Below are positions 54,231 to 64,000 of a DNA stretch of 64,000 bases, piece by piece. The DNA is from Callorhinchus milii (lineage: Eukaryota): positions 49,106,001 to 49,170,000 of the forward strand of contig NW_024704742.1 in the NCBI RefSeq assembly GCF_018977255.1. The letters run 5' to 3'. The position numbers and the translations under genes were made by a program. The notes below the pieces were generated by a model. It was given only the letters and a program-made list of their open reading frames with translations. It did not search any database and had not been told where the DNA came from. Every line of letters starts with the position of its first letter. The first letter of the stretch is position 1.

Positions 54231-55401
54231 ACGAATCATACATTACGGATGGAAATAATTTGAATACTTGGAAGTTCCCTTTTAAAAACATGTCATCGAG
54301 TTGAAGAAGTCTCATATTGACTTATTCAGCAGTGACAGAATGAGTGTCTTTACTGAACTGTTGAATGAAGCCTCTACAGCTGTATATATATGAACAGAGA
54401 AAGATGCTTGTGATTTCCATATGTAGTTCTTGCAATTAATACAGCTCTTTGGGCGAAAATCATAGGGAAGATTCTGAGAATGAAAATAAGTGGTAAGAAA
54501 GAATGTCATAAACCACAGCAGAATGATTTAGTTGGACCACCTAGGACTACAGAATCATAGTTATAAATATATGGTTCTGTAGTCCTAGACTGAAATCCCT
54601 GACTGAAATCGATGGAGACGTCTGCTAATACATGCTGTTAACAGATGTATTTCGGGTTACTTCCATTGAAGAGCAAGTTGTCCAGTTTATCCACATGAAT
54701 GCATAATGGCAAGGACAATCTGGAGTCATACTCAAGACAAGTACTGCTACATTGTCCCCACTAGATGTTAAGGTGATAGGATTATAAGATGCTCTTGCGA
54801 TTTGATATTCTGGAGGGCATGTATGCAAGAGCTCCAAGGATATGGATTTCCCTGGTTTGTTGAATTTTACTGTACTGTATTTCTGGAAATGTTGTATCAC
54901 ATTGTAAGGGAACCGTAATGCAAGCCATTTAGCTCAAACTTTGTCCAATTGCCATTGGAAATTCTTAACCCCATTTCACCTCTAAGGAATGTAGCCATTA
55001 CTAGGGAACGAGAAAAAGGAGTCATTTACAATTTTATTCTACACAGGTCTCTATCCAACCAGCCGATGCCCTCACTTCAACCAGGGTTAATGCTATTGAC
55101 AGTGCTCAGAATAGTACCCTTAGCCTGACCCGTCTCTGTCTCAATTATACCTGTCCTCAGTCCAAACACGGGATCAGTGTTTATACAATCCAAAATTACA
55201 TTTGTATAGCGCCTTTCATGTCGGGAGGACGTGCCAAGGTGCTGGGAGTTTATAGGAGTGTTATACAACAGAAAGACTCCTTGGTCTGTTCAACACAATG
55301 GAATTAATTGGTCCTCTTTAAGAGATGCTCCTCTACAAGACGAGCATTTTCTTGCTAGCTCTGGACATAACACTTATACAGTAGTCTCCCAAGTAGCTGG
55401 G

Positions 55402-55757
55402 GGGGGGGTCCATTAAATTCTGATCGGCGCGATAATGCAGCCCAATCGGCAGTCAGAGCCTTGGCACTCACTGCACTTGTGCATAGAAAGATGGCTGGCT
55501 CCATTGGCATGTCAAAACGTCCTTGAGGTGATGATATCTGTGAAACCTGTTGACCCAGAAGTGGACCTGATTTAGATCATGGGAGGCCACAATGACTGAC
55601 CTCCAGGTACTGTCAAGTCATTTATGTCACCCACAGCACGCAGAAAGTAAAGTGCCGATGGAGCCGGTCAGATTTCTGTATGCAGGTGCAGTGAGTACAG
55701 AAGCACTGGCTGCCAATTGCATCCCTCTGAAGCTAGTTGGGATTTTATAGCACCCCC
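55402..55757. mobile_element. ~350-bp foldback (long-TIR MITE-like) element
   Basis: 55443-55510 is the ungapped reverse complement of 55652-55719 at about 50/68 by hand count. Weaker symmetry extends to GGGG/CCCC ends. Confidence 0.7.
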
Positions 55758-55892
55758 TCCCCTCACGACCACATTTTTAGGAATTTTTGGGGTTAGGTAA
55801 ATGTTGAGATCCATTCCCCAGTATACGAAATCCAGCATAAGTGAATTATAACAGGTTTCTAATGTACTGTTCTACTGTACCGTACTGTACTC

Positions 55893-56005
55893 GCCCACAA
55901 ATATACAGTCCATTCACTTTACAGTGTGTTCTGTGAAGCGCTTTGGGACGTCCTCCCGACATGAAAAGCGCTATATCAAATGCAAGGATTATTATTATTT
56001 TATTA
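55893..56005 (+). mobile_element. Short SINE 3'-tail fragment (representative of many)
   Basis: CGCCCACAAATATACAGTC...AAGCGCTTTGGGACGTCCTCCCGACATGAAAAGCGCTATATCAAATGCAAGGATTATT. Similar tails near 115, 5385, 5635, 9540, 14175, 15675, 29800, 32105, 32530, 40320, 43890, 46100, 47140, 48315 and 59655. Confidence 0.85.
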
Positions 56006-56949
56006 TTACTTGAAACAAGGGTTAAAAGTCGTTCTATGTTGATAACCAATGACACCATCTGCATTTGTCAGGAAAGCAGAGCAGCATAATGTGCAATTCC
56101 TTCTTCAGACATACGTTTATTACAGTTGATCAAACAATGCTGCTGATACGTGTCTCCTGTTATTTGAGCTGACATAATGGAATACATGTATGACAAAAGA
56201 ATGGGACCCAGTATCACCTAACTTACTGCCTTCTCATACAAATCAATAGATTACCTCACTCATTCAAGACAATGGAGATGAGGTCAGCCAACCTGTCATT
56301 TTGCTGACTATCAGCAAAAACGAACAGCAACAAGTCTGCTTCAAGTTCAGATATCATACAATGAACTTTCCACACAGTCCCTTCCACCTGGTTCGCATAA
56401 AGTGAACAATTCCCATTGAGAATGAAGAAAAGAATTTAAGAGAATAACCTCAGGGTGGGGTTATACATCATGGGAAAGGGTAGGAGTAACATGAAATCTA
56501 TGATAACATCAGTGATTTTAATGGGATAGTGCTCTTTGTGAATTTCCCACACCGACAACTTTGGAGCCATTGTGTGGGGATAATAGATAGAGAACGGAAT
56601 TTCTGTTCTTCCATAAGCCACTATCCTTAAAACAAATAAGGATCTAATAAGTGGGGCATTCAACTGATTCATGGATATAAGAGTGCAGAAGAACAAAGTA
56701 TCCCGTTGATTTTATCTAGGCTGTCCCTTTCACCATAACAACTTAATTGATGGAATCAAAGAGCCACCTCATGCTCTCATTACTATGCCTTTTTTCTATT
56801 TTGGACACCCTACTAACGGGAGGCTTACAATCACTGATAACGGGTTTTAGATCACTGTTATCCCTTACTTACTACATCCCCTTACAGAATTGGCTATAGC
56901 ACACTGAATTGATGGCAAGGTGGCAAAATAGAGGGAAGAAAGGTTGCAG

Positions 56950-57255
56950 GACAGTGATGGGAATTATGAGGTATTTTTTTGACAGAGGATAGTAATTACT
57001 GGCATGTCTCAAGGATCAATTTTAGGATCTCTCTTGTTCCCTGTGTATACCAATAATTTAGATGTAGGAGGGAATAATATCAAAATACTTTATGCTGGTG
57101 AAACTAAATTAGGAGAAATTAACAGGGATTAAAATGGGAAGATACAGGCAGATATTGACAGTTTAGCATGTGAAATGGATTCGAGTAGAGGGGTTCCAGT
57201 GCTGGAGCTTGCATTAGCAGACATGCCGGGCTGAATGACCTCTTCCTGTGCTGAC
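56950..57255 (+). mobile_element. Decayed CR1 fragment with 3' end
   Basis: VITGMSQGSILGSLLFPVYTNNLDVG...YAGETKLG, ending GGGCTGAATGACCTCTTCCTGTGCTG. Confidence 0.7.
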
Positions 57256-58187
57256 ATGTCTGATTCTGGTAATAGAGCAATTGTCTTTAGCAGTGTACTT
57301 TATTGTCAAAATAAGGGTTGGTGACCTTACATTTCATTGTTATTGAGGTGCTTTATTGCCTAAGCTACACTTAGATTTCGCTTCTAACAGTAGAGAGATG
57401 TGGAATGGGAAGCCTGATTTATAATTTCCACTCCTCATTGCATCAGGGCCAGTTAAAAACTCATATGACCAGCTCTTTTATGTTTTAAAAAAATGACCCA
57501 CTGGACCACCCAAGAACTTCCAAGGAACCACTGAAGTGGTATCAGTTTACAATGCTGAGTTTATGCAAACGTTTATGCAGCAGTACTGCAAATAAAACTG
57601 CTTCTGAAACCACCTCCTCCTCTGGCTTCAGGAGCAGTGCTCCAGTGTGATTTGTTCTGGCTCCACCATGGATGGCACGTTACCATCAATTCACTTTGAA
57701 ACAAGCAGTATTGCATGCAACATAATCAATCAAGTTGTTTTTCCACAAATATAAAGAGTGGAGATTCTGCATCAAGTCCGGTATTAAGCTATATTTGAGC
57801 AAGCAAAGAAAGTATGACCAGATGACGTAAATGAGAATGAGTAAAAGCTAAATTTAGAAAAGAAATTAGGAAGAATGTATTTACTCAAAGAATAAATCTA
57901 CCAAGCAAGGTAATGGGAGTCAAAACCATTAGTGATAATCAAATATAACGAGCTGCCCATGGGAGAGGTAATGATGCGAGGCTTGAGCTGCTATGTGCTG
58001 AATGGCCTTTTGTCATTGCTGACTTCTATTAGTTTAATATGTTAGCGTTCGCAGACTAATCTTACACTCCTGGCTATTTATACTATAGAACCAGAAATCA
58101 GACAGGAAAATAATATAGAGAAAGATGATGTAATGAACATTTGAAAAGTGCACTTTCAGGACTGGGTCAAGGATTATGATTACTTAC

Positions 58188-58244
58188 AATAGTCCAGGAT
58201 GAAGTCTCCAATCCAGCTTTTAAACATACTGTGACCACCACATA
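58188..58244 (-). CDS. atp8a1: ATP8A1 internal exon (57 nt)
   Basis: tcacag|TAT...ATT|gtaagt. Encodes YVVVTVCLKAGLETSSWTI (human FVVITVCLKAGLETSYWTW). Phase 0/0. Confidence 0.95.
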
Positions 58245-59744
58245 CTGTGAAGAGAGTGGAAGATTTCAATGGTAAGTAATACTGCACCAAGATCGCAATT
58301 TAATATCTCACAGCCATAATAAATATTAAAGATTTGTGGGTTTCGTTTCACAAAAAAAATCAAAACACCTTCCTGATGTTATTCATAAACCAGAATTCAT
58401 GGTTGCAAACAAAGATAGATTAAAACATTGTTTTTAATTAGCTGAACAACCTTTAAAACTTCCTACAAACAATACAACTAAAAGCATTGACTTTTCTAAG
58501 TACTGCAGTATTTTCCTCTCTAGATGTAATCCAGTATATCTCCTCTAAGCCTCCTGAGGCTTCTGCAGCACAGAATCTTGTGCAATTCTCACCTGTTCAG
58601 CGTATGCTCTCCAGAGTATTTCCCAACAGATACAACAAGGGAGAGCAATTTTTCATTGAATACATCAAAAGCTTTTTTGTTTGATTAAACAAGCCTGCGA
58701 AACATGCCAGAAAATATTAATCTGACTTTCTTGTCAGTTTGCAAGAGACTCTTGTTGTGCAAGAGATAAAATGCGATGTTTATAAATTTTAAAAACAAAT
58801 GTTCAAAAGAATAAACAAATCAAGATTTTTAAAAAAAGTTGTTGAAATATCTAAAAAATGATGCACTCATCAAATTAATAAAGATTTCTAATAATGGAAG
58901 TAAATATACATTGTGTTAAATATTAAGCTTGGTCTAGCAAACTAAGATCACTTGCGTATTTCCTAGACTTTTCACCGGAATACCCAGAGACCCTCGTCTC
59001 AGATTGTACACCCGCCTATACTGCAGGCTTTCCGTTACTGGAATTACGTGACAACAAAAGTGATACTTGACCTGTCTTCTGTAGGGTCGCAGATTTATTC
59101 TTGGGAACCTATCAGGATGACTTGCATTTCTATGTTACTGGCAGCACATTGTGTAACTTTAGAACTCGAATGCTCACTGAGAGTCAGCATCACTCACGTT
59201 TGTGGGACAGAAACTCATCACGTCAGGTGGGAACCGCTTGGAGCACAGTTGGGTTAATTGCAAGATACATTGTGAAAGTTGGGGTGGTTCTGAGAACAAC
59301 TGATCTTGTCTGGTCAGATGTGGTCATGCGGTCAGTTTACATTTCTGATCTTTAGATAACTCTCAGCATGGTCCTCATTTGTCAGTGTGGCACGTTTTTC
59401 TACTTGCCCCAAATGCTTGTATATCATGTTATTGACAACTACCAGATTCATGTTCTCTCTACCGCTTCCTCCAAGATCCCCCAGTGTTGTTTTTAAACCA
59501 GCCCTCTTTTCTTCTCAGGTTTCAGTGGTTCCACCTCTGTCTTGTAGTTTGAAACATTATCTTTTAGTGTTCAGGTGCTTTCAATTGGCACATAGCTGCA
59601 TGACTGCTAGCACATAACTTTTTACTAGGATTCGCCCCTCATCGTTCAAAGGAAATAATAATAATCCATGCATTTGATATAGTGCCTTATCATGTCATTG
59701 AGACGTCTTAAAGAGCTTCAGAATACAGTGTAAAGTATACAGTC

Positions 59745-60222
59745 CAAGAGCGCAAACTCCACCTCACTGTGTCCTCTCCTGCATCATCCCTATCCTTGCC
59801 CGGCTCCACCTGGCTTCCCATCACAGTTCAAGATCCTGGTCCTCACCTTCAAAGCCCTCCATGGCCTTGTTCCCCCCTACCTCTGTGACCTCCTAACCTC
59901 CTACCAAGCTGCCTGCTCCCTCCGCTCAGCGGGCTCTGGCCTGCTTCACGTCCTCCGACTCACGGCGGGCCTTCAGCCACTCTGCCTCCACCCTCTGGAA
60001 CTCCATCCCGCAGTCCATCCACCTCGCCCCCTCTATTACCTCCTTCAAGACCTGTCTCAAGTCTCTCCCCTTTGACCGTGCCTTTGATCACCCTCCTTCC
60101 CCCCTGCCCTCCACTCTCCCCAATCCCGACCCCCAGCGCGGGTCCGAAACACTGAGTGTCCAGCGCCTTGGGATGTCCTCCCGACATGAAAGGCACTGTA
60201 CAAATGTAATGTTGTTGTTGTT
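59745..60222 (+). mobile_element. L2-clade LINE 3' fragment
   Basis: CTCCACCTGGCTTCCC...TTCAAGATCCTGGTCCTCACCTTCAAAGCCCTCCATGGCCTTG (LHWLP..FKILVLTFKALHGL). 3'UTR homologous to the 34888 copy. (GTT)n tail. Confidence 0.88.
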
Positions 60223-60309
60223 ACATCCACCAATGTCACATTTTGTGGGTAAAACATAACGAAAGGTTGAGAGATGCATGCACCAACATGCAGTACATGA
60301 TAATATATA

Positions 60310-60535
60310 TATAATAATAATCCTTGCATTTGTGTCGTGCTTTTTCACATCTTCGATACGTCTCAAAGCGCTTCACAGAATATACTGTAAAGTGAATTGA
60401 CTATATTTGTGGGCGAAACGTGGCAGCCAATTGCGCACAGCAGTGTTCCACAAACAGTCGTAGATTGAAATGACCAATTAATTATTGTTTTTTTTTCTTG
60501 AGAGATTATTATCAGGCGTGTGGAGTAAAGAAACT
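60310..60535 (-). mobile_element. Headless (5'-truncated) copy of the same SINE
   Basis: Tail and body match the family. The match stops just before the tRNA head. Confidence 0.88.
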
Positions 60536-60628
60536 ATGATGATAAGTTATGCGGGGCATCCAGACACTATGAGCAGGAGGAAATTTAATTGGATTTCATT
60601 AGAAATACAAAATAGTTAAAATGTATAT

Positions 60629-60958
60629 GGAGTCCTGTGGAATCCTGTAGCTCAGTGGTTAGAGCACTCGCTTTGCAAGTGAGAGACCTGAGTTCAATTC
60701 CAGGCAGAGGGCGAACCTTGGGCAAGTTTCCTTACTCCACACACCTAATAATAATCCCTCCAAAAAAACAAAAACAATAATTAAATTGGTCATTTTCAAT
60801 CTACGACTGTTTGTGGGACATTGCTGTGCGCAATTGGCTGCCGCGTTCGCCCACAAATATACAGTCAATTCACTTTACAGTGTGTTCTGTGAAGCGCTTT
60901 GGGACGTCCCCCCGACGTGAAAAGCGCTATATCAAATGCAAGGATTATTATTATTATT
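60629..60958 (+). mobile_element. Full-length tRNA-derived SINE, subfamily A, with a duplicated 10-nt 5' end
   Basis: GGAGTCCTGT-GGAATCCTGTAGCTCAGTGG...GCAAGGATTATTATTATT. Confidence 0.92.
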
Positions 60959-63061
60959 TATTTCATCCTATACATCCTATGACTAACAGCAATAGAGTTC
61001 TGGCGACAGTGATTTTTCTCCAAAGTCAAGTCTTCAATAATTAAACATATGGGTCAGAAGAACCCAATATCACGTTTCCAATATAATCTATGTTGAAGTG
61101 GGATTTTGAGGCCAGGAAGTGGGCTGTTTGTACACCAGTCTTTGACCCTGGTGTCTGGCTCTATAACTGGTAGGAACTAGGGGTGAAGAATGCAGGTTAG
61201 TTTAGTAAGTATGCAGCCTGCACACTTCTGGATTTTGATCACTGCTGGAGATATGTAGATTGTAACATTGGATTTGGAATCCAATGATGAACAAGTGTTA
61301 TCTTTAAGATTGTCATTTGGTAAAAATACTAATTCTGCGAACACAGATTTCAATGATTTGTCTTTCAATCAGTAAAGAACCAACACGATATTAATGATGC
61401 GAGTGCATATGAAACGCTTGTGAAAATATACCAAAAGGTATTTTGGTTTGGTCATATCCATCTGAATATTTTAAAAAACAGATTTAAATATATTTACAGC
61501 ACAATAGTAAATTATAGCGGTCTCACTTAAGTTAAAACTTCATAAGGTTTGCTTTATTGTGGATAAATGTGATAGTTTAAGTGAAGAGTGATAACTAGAA
61601 AGAGATATCTTTCAATACATTCACATATAAAGGCAATATGAAAAATCTTGAATATCTGCTTCGGTCACCGGTTAATTTAATCTCCATTAATTTGCTCCCC
61701 TAATCAAGTGCTTTGATTCCTTTTTCAGGGTACAGTTTCACGAGTGCTGGAAGCTCTTCAGCACTCAGTCAAGCGGCCATTATTTAATGAGCAAGTGTTA
61801 CAATTGTGTGTTTGTCTGATTTCAGCTCAGTCTCAACCGGGGCCAGCATTTTCAGCTGCACCCTGGACATCTCCTCTTAACCCCGTATGGTGTGTGGTTA
61901 CTTCCCACTGGCGTAATTGACAAGCTCACATTGGCCTGGAACTGACCATCACAAACTGGATTTTGCCTTGTCTTTAGAAGGCAAAACTATCAACCTCACA
62001 CATTCAAAATTTTTCAATTACGGCAGTTCGATTAGTAAATTACTAAACGTAAAATATTGTACAGTAAAACTCACATAAGTCATCTCTTTATAAATTGCAT
62101 AATCTTCTAAATTGTACATGCACCAAAGTCCCAGTCAGCTTCCTCCCGAAAAACCCTTTGATTTCTTTGCACGAGTCGGATTTTATAAATTGGAAAAATG
62201 GTGAAATTGTAATGGTTTCTTGGTCCTAAATAATCCAAATCCTGTTTAAATCATTTCCTAACTCGTAACGTCGCTGCCACATTTACCGGCTGCCCTTGAA
62301 GTACCGCAAAACAAAAGAGCAAGTCTCAAAACCTCAGACTTATTTTTTAGCTGTGCAGCCAGTTCTTGGTGTGACTCACTCTCTGATGAGCATTTTCCTT
62401 ACCAAATCTTTCAACTGATGTGAGAAACGTGGACATTTCAGGTGGAGCTATTTCAGGTGGAGCAGCTGAATTGGAACATGCTCTTTCCTCAGCTTCAAAC
62501 AGTTATTACTGGGTCATTGCTCCATAAGAGGTCACATTCCTGTCCCTTGCCCTATATGGCTACTCTTGAGGTCAGGCAGCGAGTGCTTTGGCAGTGTGGG
62601 GGAAGATGGTAGGTGGGGAGAAGAAAGTGTTAGGCACCTGATTCTGACCACACCTAACATCCCCTTTGTATCCATAATGAACAATGAGCAACAGGAATTC
62701 TGTGTGATTTCCCTTTCTCTAATCCATGGGTGCTGTAGCATAGACGAGGGAACAAATCTCTGCATGTTTCCAAGCCTATATTTTGAATAGACAATTTAGG
62801 AAGGTGGTGGGGCCAGATTGTAGCTGCAAATTCAAGAGGGAATTTGGAAAATAATTTAATTGAGAGACATGATAAATAGAGTAATGGAAAATTTTGTTTT
62901 AAAAAAATATTTTTGTTAAAACCTTGGGACCGGACAGATGGACTGAAATAGTCTTTTCCGGTTCTGTAAATTCCTACAGCTCAACTTCACTTTCCCAACC
63001 GAGCCTCGAGACTTATTCTCTTTAAATATCACAATATTTTATAGGTCGTGAACTCACTTAC

Positions 63062-63123
63062 CGTATAAACGGAATTTCCTAACAGCAGGTAGTCAGGTGT
63101 TTTTCCGTTTGCAAACACATTAT
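63062..63123 (-). CDS. atp8a1: Phospholipid-transporting P4-ATPase ATP8A1, internal exon (62 nt)
   Basis: ttgcag|AT AAT GTG...TAT ACG|gtaagt. Encodes NVFANGKTPDYLLLGNSVYT, versus recalled human TAFGNGKTSDYLLLGNFVYT. Confidence 0.93.
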
Positions 63124-64000
63124 CTGCAAGAAGCAAAGACATTAACGTGGGTTCAGGATCACCAAGTGATCAGTTGCTGAAAACTCCCAAGAAAAAAAAT
63201 CACATCTGCTAGTCATATCATAGCACTACATTTTTCATAGTTAACATATGAGCTGATTTTTAAAGGGGCTCTGCTGTCCTGTAAATGTACTGTACCTCCA
63301 GGATTTTGCACTGAAGATATAATAGCTGTGGTAGAATTTTTCACAGCTCATTGGGTATAGGGTAGTTTCACAAGACTATAAATAATTAATACTCCTCCAG
63401 TACTTTAACAAAGGTCAGAAGTATTCTCCTGGGAAATAAGGTTCATCAGTTTGCTATCTGTGGGGAAGAAATATTGTGAATCCATTATAAAAGATGCAAA
63501 TTGGAATACTTTAATGAGAATAAAAACAATAATTTAAAGTCAACGTAAATTTATGAAAGACTGGCCAAACGGATAAAACTTGCTTTGAATTCTTTAATTC
63601 TGTAAACAAACTGAAAGATGATTTTAATTGATGTATTTCATAGGATACATCTTGACTTTCAGATATGATCCTTCAGAAGAGACTTTGGGTTGAACTAAAA
63701 GGATTTTGGACCAAGAGAAAATTGAGTAGAGGATAATGAAGTGGTACACAAGATTTATGGTAAGATATGGCTCAGAATAGATTACCCCATCCACTGTCCT
63801 TACGATCTCTACTTGATGAAGGTCCTGAAAGCAGACCGAGTTTGCAGAGGGTGTAAAGTTAGGTGGGAAGGGAAAATGTTCAAAGCAAGAGAGATAAAAT
63901 CCCATATCCCAACTGCAAGTCTCAAACAGATTACAAAATGAAGGGTGTTCATCAAATGGGTGGACTAGGGGAAACAATCTAGGTTCAATAGTTCACAAGA

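Noticed and set aside
59101..59355. ORF with YQDDLHFY resembling an RT YxDD motif
   Set aside because: No other RT motifs nearby. Likely chance.
60639..60712. tRNA-Ala(TGC)-like gene (also at ~9345-9417, 36620-36696, 40060-40132)
   Set aside because: D and anticodon arms are present, but the T and acceptor stems pair poorly and each continues into a SINE body and tail. These are SINE heads.
57598..61766. Small hairpins at ~57598-57639 and ~61742-61766 (also ~31530-31556 and ~47389-47411)
   Set aside because: Stems of 9-15 bp with mismatches are expected by chance in 64 kb.

Overview
Eukaryotic (vertebrate) genomic DNA, most consistent with a cartilaginous fish. This is inferred from the SINE/CR1/L2 repeat types recalled from sharks and chimaeras, not from a search. 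Two genes face each other tail to tail. On + is a complete two-exon shisa3 (CDS 4300-4570 and 10071-10585, 261 aa). On - are the last seven coding exons of the P4-ATPase flippase atp8a1 (63123 down to the stop at 22721), followed by a probable ~3.8 kb 3'UTR. This matches the known vertebrate SHISA3-ATP8A1 neighbourhood. The rest is intron and intergenic DNA full of tRNA-derived SINEs, L2 and CR1 LINE fragments, small foldback/MITE elements and simple repeats. I found no prokaryotic, CRISPR or clearly novel multi-gene system. The most interesting points are: a ~380-bp GGGCA/GGCA repeat fused to the shisa3 start codon behind an in-frame uORF; G-rich tracts bracketing exon 1; a Shisa2-like C-terminal tail on Shisa3; a SINE-L2 partnership with a shared 3' hairpin; two L2 insertions near the same SINE site; and several hairpin/MITE elements. 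All alignments and counts were done by eye, and homolog comparisons are from memory.
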